A stretch of 64,000 bases of DNA from Plasmodiophora brassicae (Eukaryota): assembly GCA_036867785.1 (NCBI GenBank), contig CP145411.1:744001-808000 (forward strand), read 5' to 3'. A program made the position numbers and the translations under genes. Positions 1 to 13,200 of the stretch are shown here, piece by piece. Positions within the stretch are counted from its first letter, which is position 1; the number at the start of each line of letters is the position of its first letter. Below the pieces are notes generated by a model that worked only from the letters and a program-made list of their open reading frames with translations, was not told the origin of the DNA and made no database searches.

Positions 1-180
1 GCATGACACGTTCGAAAACATCCATCGCACGGTTCACATCGAATTCCTGACGAAGGATGCGAACCGCCAAGCCGGCCGATGGGCGACGCAGGAACGCCGC
101 ATACAGTGGCAGTTGCGGTGTCCAGCTCGACGCGACAGCCTCTTCGTCGACAGTGCTCGTCGAACGCGATTCGTCCATCC
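1..180 (-). CDS. Partial hypothetical protein running off the left edge
   Basis: Open, coding-like minus frame MDESRSTSTVDEEAVASSWTPQLPLYAAFLRR...DVFERVM continues to position 1; no recognisable domain. Confidence 0.25.
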
Positions 181-919
181 GCCTCGTCCGAAACGCATTG
201 TCGCGAGCGGTCCCTGACGACATCGACCGCCACTGACACCAGGCGGGCCCTCTCCGCCAACAACGGATCACTGACATTGTGACAGCCCCAACAGACTCCG
301 TGCGTGCCAAAATGTCTGACCTCCACACCTGCCAAACGCACCCGCATTGCTTGCAACGCCAGTACGACGTCTACCGTAGCGTCACCGTCAGCCGCCCGCG
401 CATGTCGACTTGGAACGAAGCAACCTGACGCTATCCGCTACCAGTACCTACCTACATAGCCTGTTATTTGAATCGGTATTAAGACCACAATTCTGCCCAG
501 CAACGTGTACTGACATAGGGTACCTGGCGGTACGGGACGTGCAGGCCTTGGATGTTGTGATCGGCGGCTATGGCATCGGCATCCGTCGAATGATGCCATC
601 AGCAAAACGGTAAGAGACGTACGGCACTAGATCGTGTGGGCTCGCATGAATATCACGCTTCAGTTACGAGCAGAACGGGTGAGCAGTGCTGTTAACGGCG
701 GGACCGTGTCGGTAACCGCATGACGAAGCACCCGCGCATGTAGACGGCGCTGATATGTGCCAGGTGACGATCAGGAACAAGACGCTCTGGCAGATCGATA
801 CCCTTTCTACACCTGTCGCCGTGTTCTGTCAGATGCAATCGCCTGAATATCCAACGCGTCGACAATCGTCGCAGTCAATAGCAGCTGGTCAACATGCAGC
901 GAGCACCGGGCAAAAAAGC

Positions 920-1039
920 GGTTACATCACCATGCGGTTCCCCGGTGGTCCCCCTCCCGAGTACTGAACAGGCCAAACACCATTTGGCTTCGCAATTCGG
1001 AATGAGATACGGCACATTCGGTGTTGTATGAACGTAACC
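920..1039 (-). rRNA. 5S rRNA, copy 1
   Basis: 120 nt on minus strand, GGTTACGTTCATAC...AGTACTCGGGAGGGGGACCACCGGGGAA...TGTAACC. The ends pair as helix I; a T6 Pol III terminator follows after 2 nt. Confidence 0.93.
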
Positions 1040-1203
1040 GAAGGTCCTTCCGGCGGTGCGTCCATTTCACGTAAGTACGCTCCGTTCAAGGGCCACTGCC
1101 ATGCCATGGCGCACGTTGCAGACTTGCAGTGAGCCGACAAAGCGTTCATGACGGTGTATGTTGCCGTGAGCCGACTGAGCGGTTGATGTCACCAGGCAAA
1201 AAA

Positions 1204-1323
1204 GGTTACATCACCATGCGGTTCCCCGGTGGTCCCCCTCCCGAGTACTGGACAGGCCAAACACCATTTGGCTTCGCAATTCGGAATGAGATACGGCACA
1301 TTCGGTGTTGTATGAACGTAACC
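1204..1323 (-). rRNA. 5S rRNA, copy 2
   Basis: Same 120 nt with one substitution (plus strand gtactggac vs gtactgaac), directly followed by T6. Confidence 0.93.
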
Positions 1324-1465
1324 GAAGGTCCTTCTGGCGGTGCGTCCATTTCACGGAAGTACGCTCCGTTCAAGGGGCACTGCCATGCCGTGGCGCACGT
1401 TGCAGTGAGCCGACAAAGCAGTTGATGACTTCGGCGAGCACCGGGCAAAAAAGGTTAGCAAAAAA

Positions 1466-1592
1466 GGTTACATCACCATGCGGTTCCCCGGTGGTCCCCC
1501 TCCCGAGTACTGAACAGGCCAAACACCATTTGGCTTCGCAATTCGGAATGAGATACGGCACATTCGGTGTTGTATGCAGTATGAACGTAACC
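1466..1592 (-). rRNA. 5S rRNA, copy 3, with a 7-nt insertion (variant or pseudogene)
   Basis: 127 nt; plus strand reads gtatgcagtatgaac instead of gtatgaac. The 13-nt terminator segment gcaaaaaaggtta is tandemly duplicated. Confidence 0.8.
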
Positions 1593-1717
1593 GATTGTCC
1601 TTGCGGCGATGCATCCATTTCACGGGAATACTCTCCGTTCAAGGGGCACTGCCATGCCGCACGTCGCAATAAGACAGCAAGGCAGCTGATCAAGCAGCAG
1701 CAGTCACCGGGCAAAAA

Positions 1718-1823
1718 GGTTACCTCACCATGCGGTTCCCTGGTGGTCCTCGTCCCGAGTACGGCTAACATTTGGGTTTCACAATTCGGAATGAGATACA
1801 GCACGCCTTGTATGAACGTCACT
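1718..1823 (-). pseudogene. Degenerate 5S rRNA, copy 4
   Basis: About 106 nt with internal deletions and many substitutions relative to copies 1-2. Confidence 0.8.
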
Positions 1824-2753
1824 AAAGCAATTGCTCTCTTGTCCAAGTTATGACGTATGCTGAATAAGTCATGATATTTGTTATAGTTCCGAAGGTTATG
1901 CAGTTCCTTTCAGTTCGGACTGTCGATTTGCGAACTGTCTGGCGTGGCGATATACAATCTGCTTGGCGTTGCGATATGCAGTTTGCCTGGCAGCTGAATC
2001 GATATTGGGATGGGTCACGGGTGGCACAATGTTGGCAAAGACGAATATCACGAAGAGTCCAGAGTGAGAACGTCACTTCACCAATACCGCACAGACCCAA
2101 ATGGCAGCAGCAGCATCGCTCTCGCAGTACGCCTGGCAAATCCCGCGTTGGCACGCCACACTCAATGGGCACCCTCCGAGGATCCTGGACGAAAAGTCGG
2201 AACGAAGTGGCGAGTGCCCACAAACGGTACCCTGACGTTAGTGAGGACTGAACTGACGAACTTGACGACGAGGTACAGCCACTGTCTGGCAGGCCATGGC
2301 TGTGAACAGGAAACCCGGCTTGCTACGGTCCTCGGACCCGAGACCGAGGCGCCTGCGTGAAAATTAAACTAACTGAAACCCGGCTTGGCGTGTTGACGTC
2401 GGGTTCAGCAACAGCTGGATGCCGGATGTGGACCAGACATCTTCCCAAGTGAGAACCGCTGGAACACGTCGCGTGCCCATGAGTTCCGAGAAGGACCAGA
2501 CCGGATAACCCGCCAAGCCGGTGTAATAACTTAAGGCGTCCCAGCGACTGGTCATCGTTTGGCTGATACCGCCGACGCTGGCCAGCGACACACCAAAGGC
2601 GAAACCGCCGAACTGCTTCCCCGACCTGCACGCCGCACCGCTTTGCCTCAAAATGCGAGGACGCTGACTGAAGGGGGACGGGGGGCGTCCCGTGGCGGAG
2701 TCCGTGCCGGAGTGCGTCTGTGAGCAGTGGCGGGTCAGTTCGCGTCCTATACC

Positions 2754-4340
2754 ATGAGGCCCGGTCGACCAGCGCAGCAACGACCGCCCGTCCCGCGTCG
2801 CGTCGTCGAACGGGAGTATCTGGCGCGGTACGCGCACGACCTGGTGGCGCTGCGGGCGCCGTCCCGTCCGCAGATCGCGTCGCTGACGATGCTGGCTGGC
2901 GACGAGCCGGATCTGGCGCCGCAGGTCACCAGCCTGATCGCCGAGGAGATCCTTCGCGTAATGAACATACATTATCTCCTTGGATCAGTCGTCACAAAGA
3001 ACGTTTTCTGAATTAGTTTTACATTCGTTTTCCAACGATTTGTTTCTGAATTCGATTGTAATGTCCTCGTTTGTTTCACAGCGTCCGCCTCGCGACCGTC
3101 TGCCCTTACTGTACCTGATCGACTCCATCACCAAGAACCTGGCCGGTCCGTTCATCCGCCTGTTCGTGCCACGCCTGCATCGTCTCGTGCTGGAGACGTT
3201 CGACTCGTGCCCTCCCGGATCCGATGTTTCGAAGGCCGTCGTGAGAATGGTTGATTCCTGGCTACAGGTCGACGTGTTCCCGATGGATTTCGTCAACGAC
3301 CTCAGGGCGAAACTCAGGGAACCTCTTCCGTCTCCGTCGGCAATGCCTCCCGTTCATCCTCGGCCCGTTGTCCCGCCCGCTGCTGTACCGCCGCCGAAAC
3401 GTTTACGACCCATGGAACCGAATTGGCCGGCTCTCGAGGCCGATGTCCGACAGTTCCCGCAGCTGACGCCACTGTATCGTCGCCTGCAGGCCGTATGGAA
3501 CGCTCGCGGCGACATAACGCCCGACCTGCATCGACTGTCCGATGCGATCGGCCAGCTGCGTATGCAGGCGATGCCTGGCCCACCACCTGTCGCCCATCAC
3601 CATCATCATTTGGCCGGCGCTTCGCTTGAACCTCCTCTCCACGACAGAGACGTTTCGCTTGATTACCTGATTGTCGACACCATTGACAAGCTGGCTGGGA
3701 TCGTGGCTCCACAGCAACCGGAAACACGTGCACCGCCAGCAGCTGTACCCGTGTTCACGACCGATTCGCTGCGAGTCCGGGACCAGAGCGTCGTCGACGC
3801 GCTGTACAGTGCAATCCCATTACAATGTGCCTATTGTGGCCTGCGCATACGAGCGAAGGCGGACATGGCGACGCATCTGGACTGGCACTTCGCGACGAAT
3901 AAAGAAGCGACGAAGCGCGGGAAGACGACATCGTCACAGTTGTGGTTCATGTCGCTTGCCGAATGGGTGGCTTGCTCGGGTGCCGACGAGCGCGAAGCCC
4001 CCGCCTCGTACTTCGACGACCTGCAACGTGCCAAGGAGGCATCTGAGCAGAGCGAACCTGAACCGGTCTGCACCGCTTCGTCCTGCGTAACGCACCCCCA
4101 AGCTGATATGCCACCTGCTAGGTGTCTACCGTCGAAGCCGACGATAACCGGTCAACCTGTGCCATCTGTGGCGACAAGTTTGAGAAGATGTTCGACGACG
4201 CTAAGGAGACCTGGGTGTTCCTCGATGCCGTCGAGGTCGTGCGTGTCGTCAAGGGCGATGACGCAGAAGACGCAAACGCGTCCAAGGACATCGTGCATAA
4301 GTCGTGTCGCGATGAAAGCCCCGCGTCAGCGCCTTCATAG
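2754..4340 (+). CDS. PCF11: Pre-mRNA cleavage/termination factor Pcf11 (3 exons)
   Basis: CID domain (LPLLYLIDSITKN); zinc fingers QCAYCGLR...HLDWHF and CAICGDKFEKMFD...W...HKSC; introns about 2958-3081 and 4066-4120. Confidence 0.88.
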
Positions 4341-4429
4341 TAAACTCAGCGCATTTCCTACCCGAAATTCGATGGCGCGTGCCACTGCCGTATTAGAATC
4401 CTTAGGCGAGCAAGGCCACGTGCGCCAAT

Positions 4430-5300
4430 ATGGCTGCTGGCGGGAAGGTGTCGAGCGAGCCGGCCTCATCAGGGGCGGGCGTCGCTGGCTTGCAGAAGCA
4501 CATCGACTCGATCGTGGACCTGCATCGGGCGGCACAGCTCAATAGTGTACCTGCTCTGCAAAGATGCACGGGTGCCAACAACCCCAAGCAGCAGGTCCCC
4601 AGTCTGGATACTGTGGATCGTACTGGAATGACGCCCCTCATCGTTGCCGCGCGGCACAACTCGATCAACGCTGCCGCCTGGCTGGTCTGTTCACACGCCA
4701 ACACGGATCAAGGACCATGACGCTGATGGGCATTATGTGCAGATCGACCACGGTGCAAATGTGAACGCGGCTGGGTTCGCTGGCAAGACCGCTTTAATGC
4801 ATGCCGTTCAGTGCGGGCACCTTGGCGTTGCCGAACTGTTGATCAGCCGGAATGCCGATGTCAACTGTGTCGATGGGCAGGGTTTAACGCCGTTGATGGC
4901 GGCCAGTGCCGCTGGCAGCATGCAACTGATCGACCTGCTGGCCACACACGGCGCCCAGATCAACGTCCAGTCGAAAACGAACTCGACAGCGCTCATGATG
5001 GCCGTCCTGTCCACCCAGGTACAGCGGGCGCGAACTGGAATCGATGCGGAAAACTCATCTGGTGCCCAGACAGCGATTGTGGAGCTGATCGTGACGAAAC
5101 TCGGGGCAGCGTTGACGGCGCAGAACAGCCATGGGCAGACGGCGTTGCACTTGGCGGTCAGGATCGAATGCGCCGCCCTCGTCGACAAGCTGCTTCGGCT
5201 CGGTTGCGATCCGAACGCGGTCGATGGGGACGGCAAGCGCCCGGTCGACCTGGCGTCGAACACGATCCGGCAAACCGTGCAATGGGAGGCCGCCCAGTGA
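4430..5300 (+). CDS. Ankyrin repeat protein (spliced)
   Basis: Repeats GMTPLIVAA, GKTALMHAV, GLTPLMAAS, GQTALHLAV, GKRPVDLA. Confidence 0.85.
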
Positions 5301-5333
5301 GCCGAACGGAGCGACGCCCTGTATTTGAACGCA

Positions 5334-8300
5334 TTAGTAAACGGAGTCGACGATGCTGGCAAGGTCGCTGTCCACATCGCCCTCGTCCTCGAGCTGGCCA
5401 CCTATAGGCGGCAGATATAAATCGTCGTGGGACTTCCTTGGCGCCTGTAGAGGTTTGGGTTGCGTGACCGATGCTGGCGCGATTGCAGGCAGAGGTGGGC
5501 CGCGAGCTGATGCGAACCCGCCCGGTATAAGCGTGTTACGCTTCGATGACCGAGAGCTGGCGAACGAAGGCCTCCCATTCTGACACAGACACACACAGCA
5601 CGTGAGCAGCAAGGTTTTCGCTCAACGGCTGAAGAACCGCACCGCATGGACGGCCGATATGGAGGTGCTTCGGCGATCAGCGGCGACGTTCAGATCGTGG
5701 ATCAGACTGGCCGCACGTTCCGACTCCCTTCTCATGACGTCGATAATCTGAACAGCACTGGGATGAACGGCGGCCGACGCTTCTGTCGACGTCGGCGCCA
5801 CGCGTAGAGCGGGATGCTTCATCGCGGGTTTCGCCTTTGTCGATGGCTTCCGGCGCACTGACGTCGTGGCTTCCGAGTTGACGCCTTTCAAGCGTCGTCG
5901 GATTGGTTGATCGAACGTCGTCACCTTCCGGTCAGCGCGCTTCGCCTTTGCCTGCTTACGTGGACTCTTCGCCTCGTAGGCCATCTCCGCAAGGGCATTC
6001 ATTCGTGGGCTGGTTTGCCCTCGATGGCCACGATCGATAGATATACGCGCAATGGACGGGCTTCGTTCCAGACGGCCGCGCCTGTTCTTCATCGCCCATT
6101 CAGCACGCATGCGTTCGTCTTCGGCCTGTACAGACAGCGTCAGGCACCAGAGCGCACTGTGTTTCTACCTCGTGGTTCAACACAATCAACCTTCATGTAC
6201 TCGACCATTGCCCGTTTCAGTTCCCTGGCACTGGACAGGTATTTCGCATCGTCGTCGCCAGACTCCTGCTTCCCATTCCGAGCGATAAGCGACGTGAGCT
6301 CGTCGTCCCGGGTCCGCAGACCTGGTACGGGGCTTAACACCATTTCCAGAAACCCGGGAACCAAAGTACGAACCTCGAGGGAGAATCGTGCTGGGAATGT
6401 AGACAGGGTTCTGGTCGGCATAGTGCACCGGCTTCTTGCTTGGCGCCACCGCCACAACAGGCACGCGGGCATCCCAACCGTCGGTTTCGTTCTCAGTGGC
6501 ATCCGGACGCAGGGCCTTCAGTTCAGGTGGCCACGTTGCCGACTGCCTGTAGAGAAATGAGTCTAGGTTCCATTCACCGCTTGTTTCATCGCCAGTACCC
6601 GAAACGGGCGGTCAGTTGGCCGGCGTACGACCAGAGCGACATGTCGCCACCGTCGGACGCAATCAAGAAGTTCTGGACCCGACGCATGGTTAGGGTGCAA
6701 TGCCTCGACGAACTTCTGGCAAAGACGATTGGCACCTTGATTCGGGAGCAGTTCGTGACAGATGTCATGTTGCTTCGTGAGTTTGGTTCGAACCTGACAG
6801 GAGGCTGGTGTGCGTCATCGTCCAGTCCTAGGATCTCGGCTGTCTTGAGGCAATCGCAAACAATGACGCACGTTTCCTCAGCGTCCGTTGCGGCACTGCC
6901 ATTGCGGTCAGCGGCAGTCCAGGCGAGCAGGGTTGCTTTCGTACCAGAGGACGAACTCAGGAAGGCGCCGTCTCGATAGGCCCCGGATCGCGCCCGTCGA
7001 CGTGTCGATTGCGAACAGGTTCCCATCGGTTGTGCCAGCAATCACTGTTTCGGATCGGCTGAGGGCGCGAACCATCGAGATGCCGATGTCGGCCGAGGTC
7101 ACCTAGCACGACGTCACATCCGCTATCTCCGACAGGGCAGAAGCGCTGATGCACATACAGCGTACGTTCGGCTGATGCGGCTCGGTTGCGATGCGGACCA
7201 TAATATGACCTCGCCGTTGGACGTACCGGAGACGACAAACGACGGGTTGGCGTGCAGGCACAGCAGTTTCATGGTGGATCCCCCAGGGAGCTTGCAGACC
7301 ATGGCCTTGGACGTCTAACAGCAACGGGTCACAACGAGATCCTCCAACGATGTACGATACCACACTGTGTAACCTCTGTGGTCTGGGCTTCCGACCACCA
7401 CGCCAGTGCGTTCATCGCTGGGATAAGACCGACAACGGGGTGCGCATGGCACTCGGACGTATAGTGCAGGTACGTGACTTCACAGCTCGTGCCTGCCCCG
7501 CATGCTGCCGGGAGCGTTCGCAGCAGCGCACCGTTGTGCGGATTCCAACAATGAAGCTCTCCCGTGGCCAGCCCTGTGAACAGACGCTTTCCTCGTCGGT
7601 CGCTGCACGCCGCTCGGACGGCCATCTTCTCGTCGTCCACATTGGCGACCGCCGTACTGCCGACGGCATTAGGCAAGGTAGTACGTGAAAGCAACGGTGA
7701 CAACGAACCTGTCAGCGTTCGGCGCAGCCGTGAACTGGTTGATCCGTCGACCAGAAAACACGTCCCATACGTTAACCGTCTGGTCGACGCCAACAGATAC
7801 GACATGCCCGAATAGGTCAGAGTACCGAACCGTCACTATTAGACAGTGGTGGGCACGGGCGGTGAACGCGTTCGAATCGGTACTGGCTTGAGCAACCTGC
7901 ACGATGATGCCAGGGCCGTTACGATCCGGCCTTCCACAAGCACGTCGACGACATTACTTTTGGCTGCCCCTCGTACGTCGTCACTGGCCAGATGCGCAGG
8001 TGCGATCCGGCTGTGATCAACTGCTTGTTGGTGAAATCGAAAGCAGCGGCAGTGAATTTGTCCTCCGGTGTGTGCATCTACCAATGAACGTTCGGAACAG
8101 CGATGCATCACATATCATTGCGATACGGATCACCTCGGATTCCAACAGAGTCTGAATGCACGACCAAGTGCGAATATCATAAAGCCGAATTCGCTTGTCG
8201 CTTGTGACAGTGATGAACTGATTCTCGTCCTCGTTGGCGCATATCTGTATGACTGAAGAATGTTGGCCGGCGATGCGAGCGACGGGCGCAGACATATACG

Positions 8301-10012
8301 GGTCCTAGAACAGCAGCATGTACGTTAGGGAGGGGACCACTTCCAATCCGAGCCCGTTGGTACCCAAGCGAGAATTCGCCCGTCATATCCCGCTGTGATT
8401 ATCATCCTTGACCTGGGACAATAGTCGAGCCCGAAAATGCCCTGCTTGTGACCATCTGCCCACAGCCCGTACAATGTCAAGCGAAGGTACCATGTGAGGC
8501 ACGATCGACTTACACAGTGATATGATCGGGGTCCACCTAGTCATGTCCGATATGATGAGCTTTCCATCTTGGATGCAGATCGTGAGATTAGCAACTTTGG
8601 CAAGGGCAGATATGCCCAATGCGTTTTCACGAACCGAATCCGGCCGTGGCCAGGCCGACTTTGGGAACAAGCTTGAACTTCGTAATCGGCTCATGATTCT
8701 GAACCTGATCGATGACATATCACATTCTACGGTTGCGGTAATGCCCTATGCAACGACAGACATGGTTGCGCGATAGGAGACAATGGGTCGTCAGATCAAT
8801 GACGGACATGTGCCCGGAGACATCGGCCAGAAGCATTACGCTTGGCCGCTCTGCCAGATCACAACACTGCATGAATGTTGGGGCCTTTTCCACCTGCAGA
8901 CAGAAGGTTCACTATCCAGCGCGTTCGAGGGGCACAGCGCGCGACCTGATACTGCAGGTCGCACTTGTACTGCAAGGATACAGGATTCCCATATGTCTTG
9001 TCCAGAACGCGGAGCCTTTCCTTCCCGGTTATGACCCTGCTGAAGAAAGAAATCGTTCGGTCCATGGCTCCGATACATATCTGGCCGTTCTTGTCGAATG
9101 TGGCGATGGCGGTTGGCTCGATATCATGCTTGCCGTTCAGGGAATCCGCTGCCGTCTGAAGAGTCGATGACCCACGTGCAGAGTGCGTCTGATGCCATTC
9201 TACTAGTCTGTACGAAACCCCGTATAAGCATGAGCAGTGGCCGCCAGGCGCAAGCAATTGATTAGCGGACACAGTCTCAGGTGAAGGAGGGCGCCGCCCA
9301 CGAGCCTCTGAAAGGCGGACCTGCAGTAGAGGAGCGTCCGATCTCCTGGTCATTGGAAGGAATTCCCGAAGTTTCGGACTGGTCGAACTGTAGATGCGAA
9401 CAGTGTTATCAGTGCTGTGGACGCGGATGGACGTTAGACGTGACAGCTGGCAGGAGGACTGCACAAACCAGATGGTAGCGATTCTGTTGTCGCGAATCGG
9501 GTGCAGCCTTGTCATCATGAACTGATGCCGCCCCCTCCGGACGGCACCTGTAACGTGGCCTTGCGACAAATTGTCCCTTGATAGGTTGTTGATGAAGACC
9601 CAGTTGCTCCAAGCAGACTACAAGCGCAGTAAGCGTCCCAGCATTCCCCAATGGACCTGCACGACCTACTCGAACAAGGTAACTGATCAGTTCGTCCCAT
9701 GACAGCACGCCTTTGACAATCGTTGAAACGTCAGATGCCCCGGACACGCGTCTGAAGGTTACCATCAAAATTCGCATCGATTTTCTCGAACTCCACTTCG
9801 AGCTCTCGTCGTTCAATGTCGAGAGCATTGGAGAGCAGATCAATGAACTGCGTCTGGTTCAACCCGCTGCCATGGCCGAGCCATATACTCTCCAGGTCAT
9901 GCAAGATGAACGCCGTGTCGAAGAAGTTGCCCCGCAGGTCCACATCCTTCGTCGACGCCAGGCGCCGCGCCAATTGCAATCCGATTTCCACGAAATCATC
10001 GGCGGGCGCCAT
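5334..10012 (-). CDS. Multi-exon EF-hand plus WD40 protein (WDR49/CFAP337 or WDR64-like)
   Basis: N-terminal EF-hand FEKIDANFDGN/LSWDELISYL; WD repeats (FITVTSDKRIRLYDIRTWSCIQTL; LFTGLATGELHCWN; VVSVGVDQTVNVWD). The low-complexity C-terminal exons at 5334-6500 could be a separate gene. Confidence 0.65.
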
Positions 10013-10278
10013 CCCATCACCAAACCGGCACCGACCAGATATGTCATACGCAGCGCCCGCGATCGCCCCCAACGCATGCCACCTTGAATCTTTGCGACAG
10101 GTAAATATCCATTGCGCACCATTCCGGCCCATTCCAACACTCACTAGTGCAAGATCAGCATTAGAAACGTCCGGTTTTGACGGCGAACCGGCAGACGAAC
10201 GTCCACGGTCAGGTTTGGGGGTCAGTCAGCCAGCACGATTTCTTCGCAGTCCGCGTGCCATCAGCTGCACCGTGGGCG

Positions 10279-13200
10279 ATGGCGGTCGATCTGTCGCTGC
10301 TGAAGCGGCTCGACTCGCTGTCGTCGTCGACGGCGCGGGCGACGCTGCTGGCGCTGTGCCAGGCGGCCGTGTCGGGGCCGCAGGATGATTTGCTGGACAT
10401 GCTCATGTCGCAGACGTCGGCGGCGAGCCTGCGCGAGGAGGATATGCAGTCCATGCTGTGCGATACGATCGCCATTATCTGGTGTCAGGTCGAGGCGACT
10501 GCGCATCAGGCGAATCTGGCGTCGTTCCTTCGACAGCTCTGTAATCGTCAGGTGATTCCGACGCGAATGGCGCGAGCCCGTCTTGAGCCCACGCTGCTTG
10601 AACGTGCCATGGTTATCCCGTCGGCAGAGCAGGCGAAGCGCAAAGATATCGTCTGGAGAACACATCGTCTCTACACGCAGACAAAGTACAACCTGTTACG
10701 AGAAGAGACCGAAGGATTTTCAAAGGTCCTCGTTGAATTATCTGGGGAGTGCCGACCGCAACGTATCCAGGCGCTCATCGGGGCGTTCGACTTGGACCCA
10801 AACCGGGTTGCTGACCTGCTCCTTCAGACGATGTTTAATCGCGGCCCAGACTCCGACGATCAGCGACGTCAACTACTTTTGCAGCTTGTCCAGTCGCGGT
10901 CGACGTTGACCGCCCTGCTGGGTAATGCCTTCAAACATTCCGAACCGTCGTCCAGCATGTTCGACGTTGCTGCGGATCTTATCGAGCGCGGCACCGTCGA
11001 CGCCGTTGACTTGTTCTCTGGGTACCTGTTGCCGAACAGCATCGACGATCTTGTTAAGATTCGGACCGCGATCGATAACCAGATCCGCGACACTGCTGAT
11101 TCACTGTCGCATGTGAATCTCAATGCAGATCGCAAAGGAGGCAACATGGAAAAACCGTATAGCCCGATATCGCTTTCAGATGCGATGTGGACTACGCCAT
11201 GCCCAAAGCTTGACCTGATCAGTGCATTATTTCGGAACGGCGGGAAATCCGCTGTTGATGCCGCCTGGAGGCTGCTGGCTGCTTGCTCTACGTGCCTGCC
11301 ATCACGATATGTACCCGTTTCAGACGCGCTTGCTGGCTATACCGAGCGTTTAATCTGGGCGTTTTACCGTCAACACTGCTCCGAATTCTTCCGTTTGAAC
11401 TCTGGCAACCGTGAAGAATTTGACGAAACCATGAAAACAGGTCTGTCGGTTGTAACTTCGTCTCCTGCACGTACTCATTCTGCGTTCGCTCCATTCAGAA
11501 ACCCTGGATTCGGTGATTCCCCACCTGGACGCAGCGTTGCGTTACTTGGGCCCACAGCTCTACAGGCACACTGTCCTATTCGTACGGCTATGCCGTTCAC
11601 TGCATGCCTACTTGCAATCGCGATCCGAAGATGACGCTTTCAACGCTGTGTCGCGACTCTTATGTCAATCGATTCTTCCTGCATACTCCCTTATGCCTGG
11701 AACGTGTGGGACGGCCGCCGAGCTCCATCGGACTCTGCAATGTTTTCCATATCAACGACGGTTCGCTCTGTATCATACCTGGCTGCATGATATTTATGCA
11801 GCAGAGGAATGGCCTGAGCTAAATCTCGCCCTGAGGACGGCACAGCGCCACACGAAGTACTTCCGCAAACGGATTATTGCTGGCAAGGTGAAGGAAGTTG
11901 GACGTCAACTACCACGGTTCTCGCACAATGCACCTCTCGTGGTCATGCAACTCGTCGTTGCCCAGATCCAGGCGTTCGATAATTTGTCGGCGCCCGCCGT
12001 CGACTCCTTCAAATACCTGACCGCATTGTCCCATGACACGCTGCCTTATACTATCATCGCGGCACTGTCTGACAAGAAACGCGACCCGCTGTCTGAAGAT
12101 GGTAGGCGTGCGCGCGGTAAGTTATCCAAAGCGCTGATGTGAAATTGGTTTCAGGCCAGACGCCAGCAGCGTGGTTTGCATCATTGTGCTCGTTCACTGG
12201 TCTTCTTGCCCGTCGATATGCTGGACAGATTGCCGTCCAACCTCTTGTCGAGTACATGGCAGGGCAGGCGCGCATGCACGGGCGGTTGAACGATTTCCTG
12301 CTATTGCAAGAACTCGTCTCGGCAATGTCCACGGTCACTCACATCGAGGAACAGAGCGGCGCGCAGCTCGCTGCACAGGGCGGATCTCGAAACCTCAAGG
12401 ACCAGGTGATCGACTCTGCTAGTAAGGTCGGGAAGGTCAAACGGAACCCGCAGCTCCTTGTGTCGGCGCTTCAAGAATCAGGCCTTACGGGCCAGCTGTA
12501 CATCATCATGGCACAGAACCTTATGTCCCTGAATTGGCGGGTCTCTCCGCGAACGGCGCTTCGTGCCATGTGCCATCAGGTTGATGTCATCCGTCAGGTA
12601 TTCGGTACGGTTTTTATGGCGTCGAACGGTTTCTGATCGCTCGGCGGTAGGTGATGATGCAATATCGTGAATTCTTGGATGTCCACTTGACCCCGCACCA
12701 AGCGTACGCCGACGCCGTACCTTCGCTGTACTCTCTTGTGTCGACTCATGGTCTTTCGATCGAACTTGCGTTTGCAATTGTTCGCCCTGTTCTTCACATT
12801 GATCGCGTTCGTGCCGCGCCGGACGAAGATGACCCGTCATTAGCCAGTTGCTGTCGCCACCTTCTTCCTGCTAACGTGTGGCGAGCCATATCGCCGGCAC
12901 TGTTTGCCGTGTTCTGGTCGTTGTCTCTGTACGATATCTCTGTTCCTGAGGACCAATACCGGGACCAGCAACGTCGTATCGAGGCTCGGATTAACAGCCT
13001 TGCGTCAGCACTCCCTTCAAATCCAGCTGAATCATCTGCTGTAACTGAAAGGAAGGCCGCCAAGGAACGTGAGCGTTTGAAGAGATTGCACGAACGGCTT
13101 GGTCGTGATCTGGAAGAGCAGTCAGCGTCGCATGTGTCCTGCCTGTCGAAGATCCGGTCCGAAGCACCCATGTGGTTATCCCAGTGCGCTGCTCGTCAGG

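Noticed and set aside
1040-1203. Spliced-leader RNA gene in the 5S spacer
   Set aside because: No Sm-binding site or convincing leader/donor structure seen
755-1853. Repeated ORFs (MRFPGGPPPEY...) and a CRISPR-like repeat/spacer look
   Set aside because: They are translations of 5S rRNA genes; the spacers are homologous to each other and there are no cas genes
2400-2640. SRP or RNase P RNA (CAGGTCGGGGAAGCAG; GGGAAGATGTCTG)
   Set aside because: The SRP helix 8 tetraloop and the RNase P CR-V partner are missing
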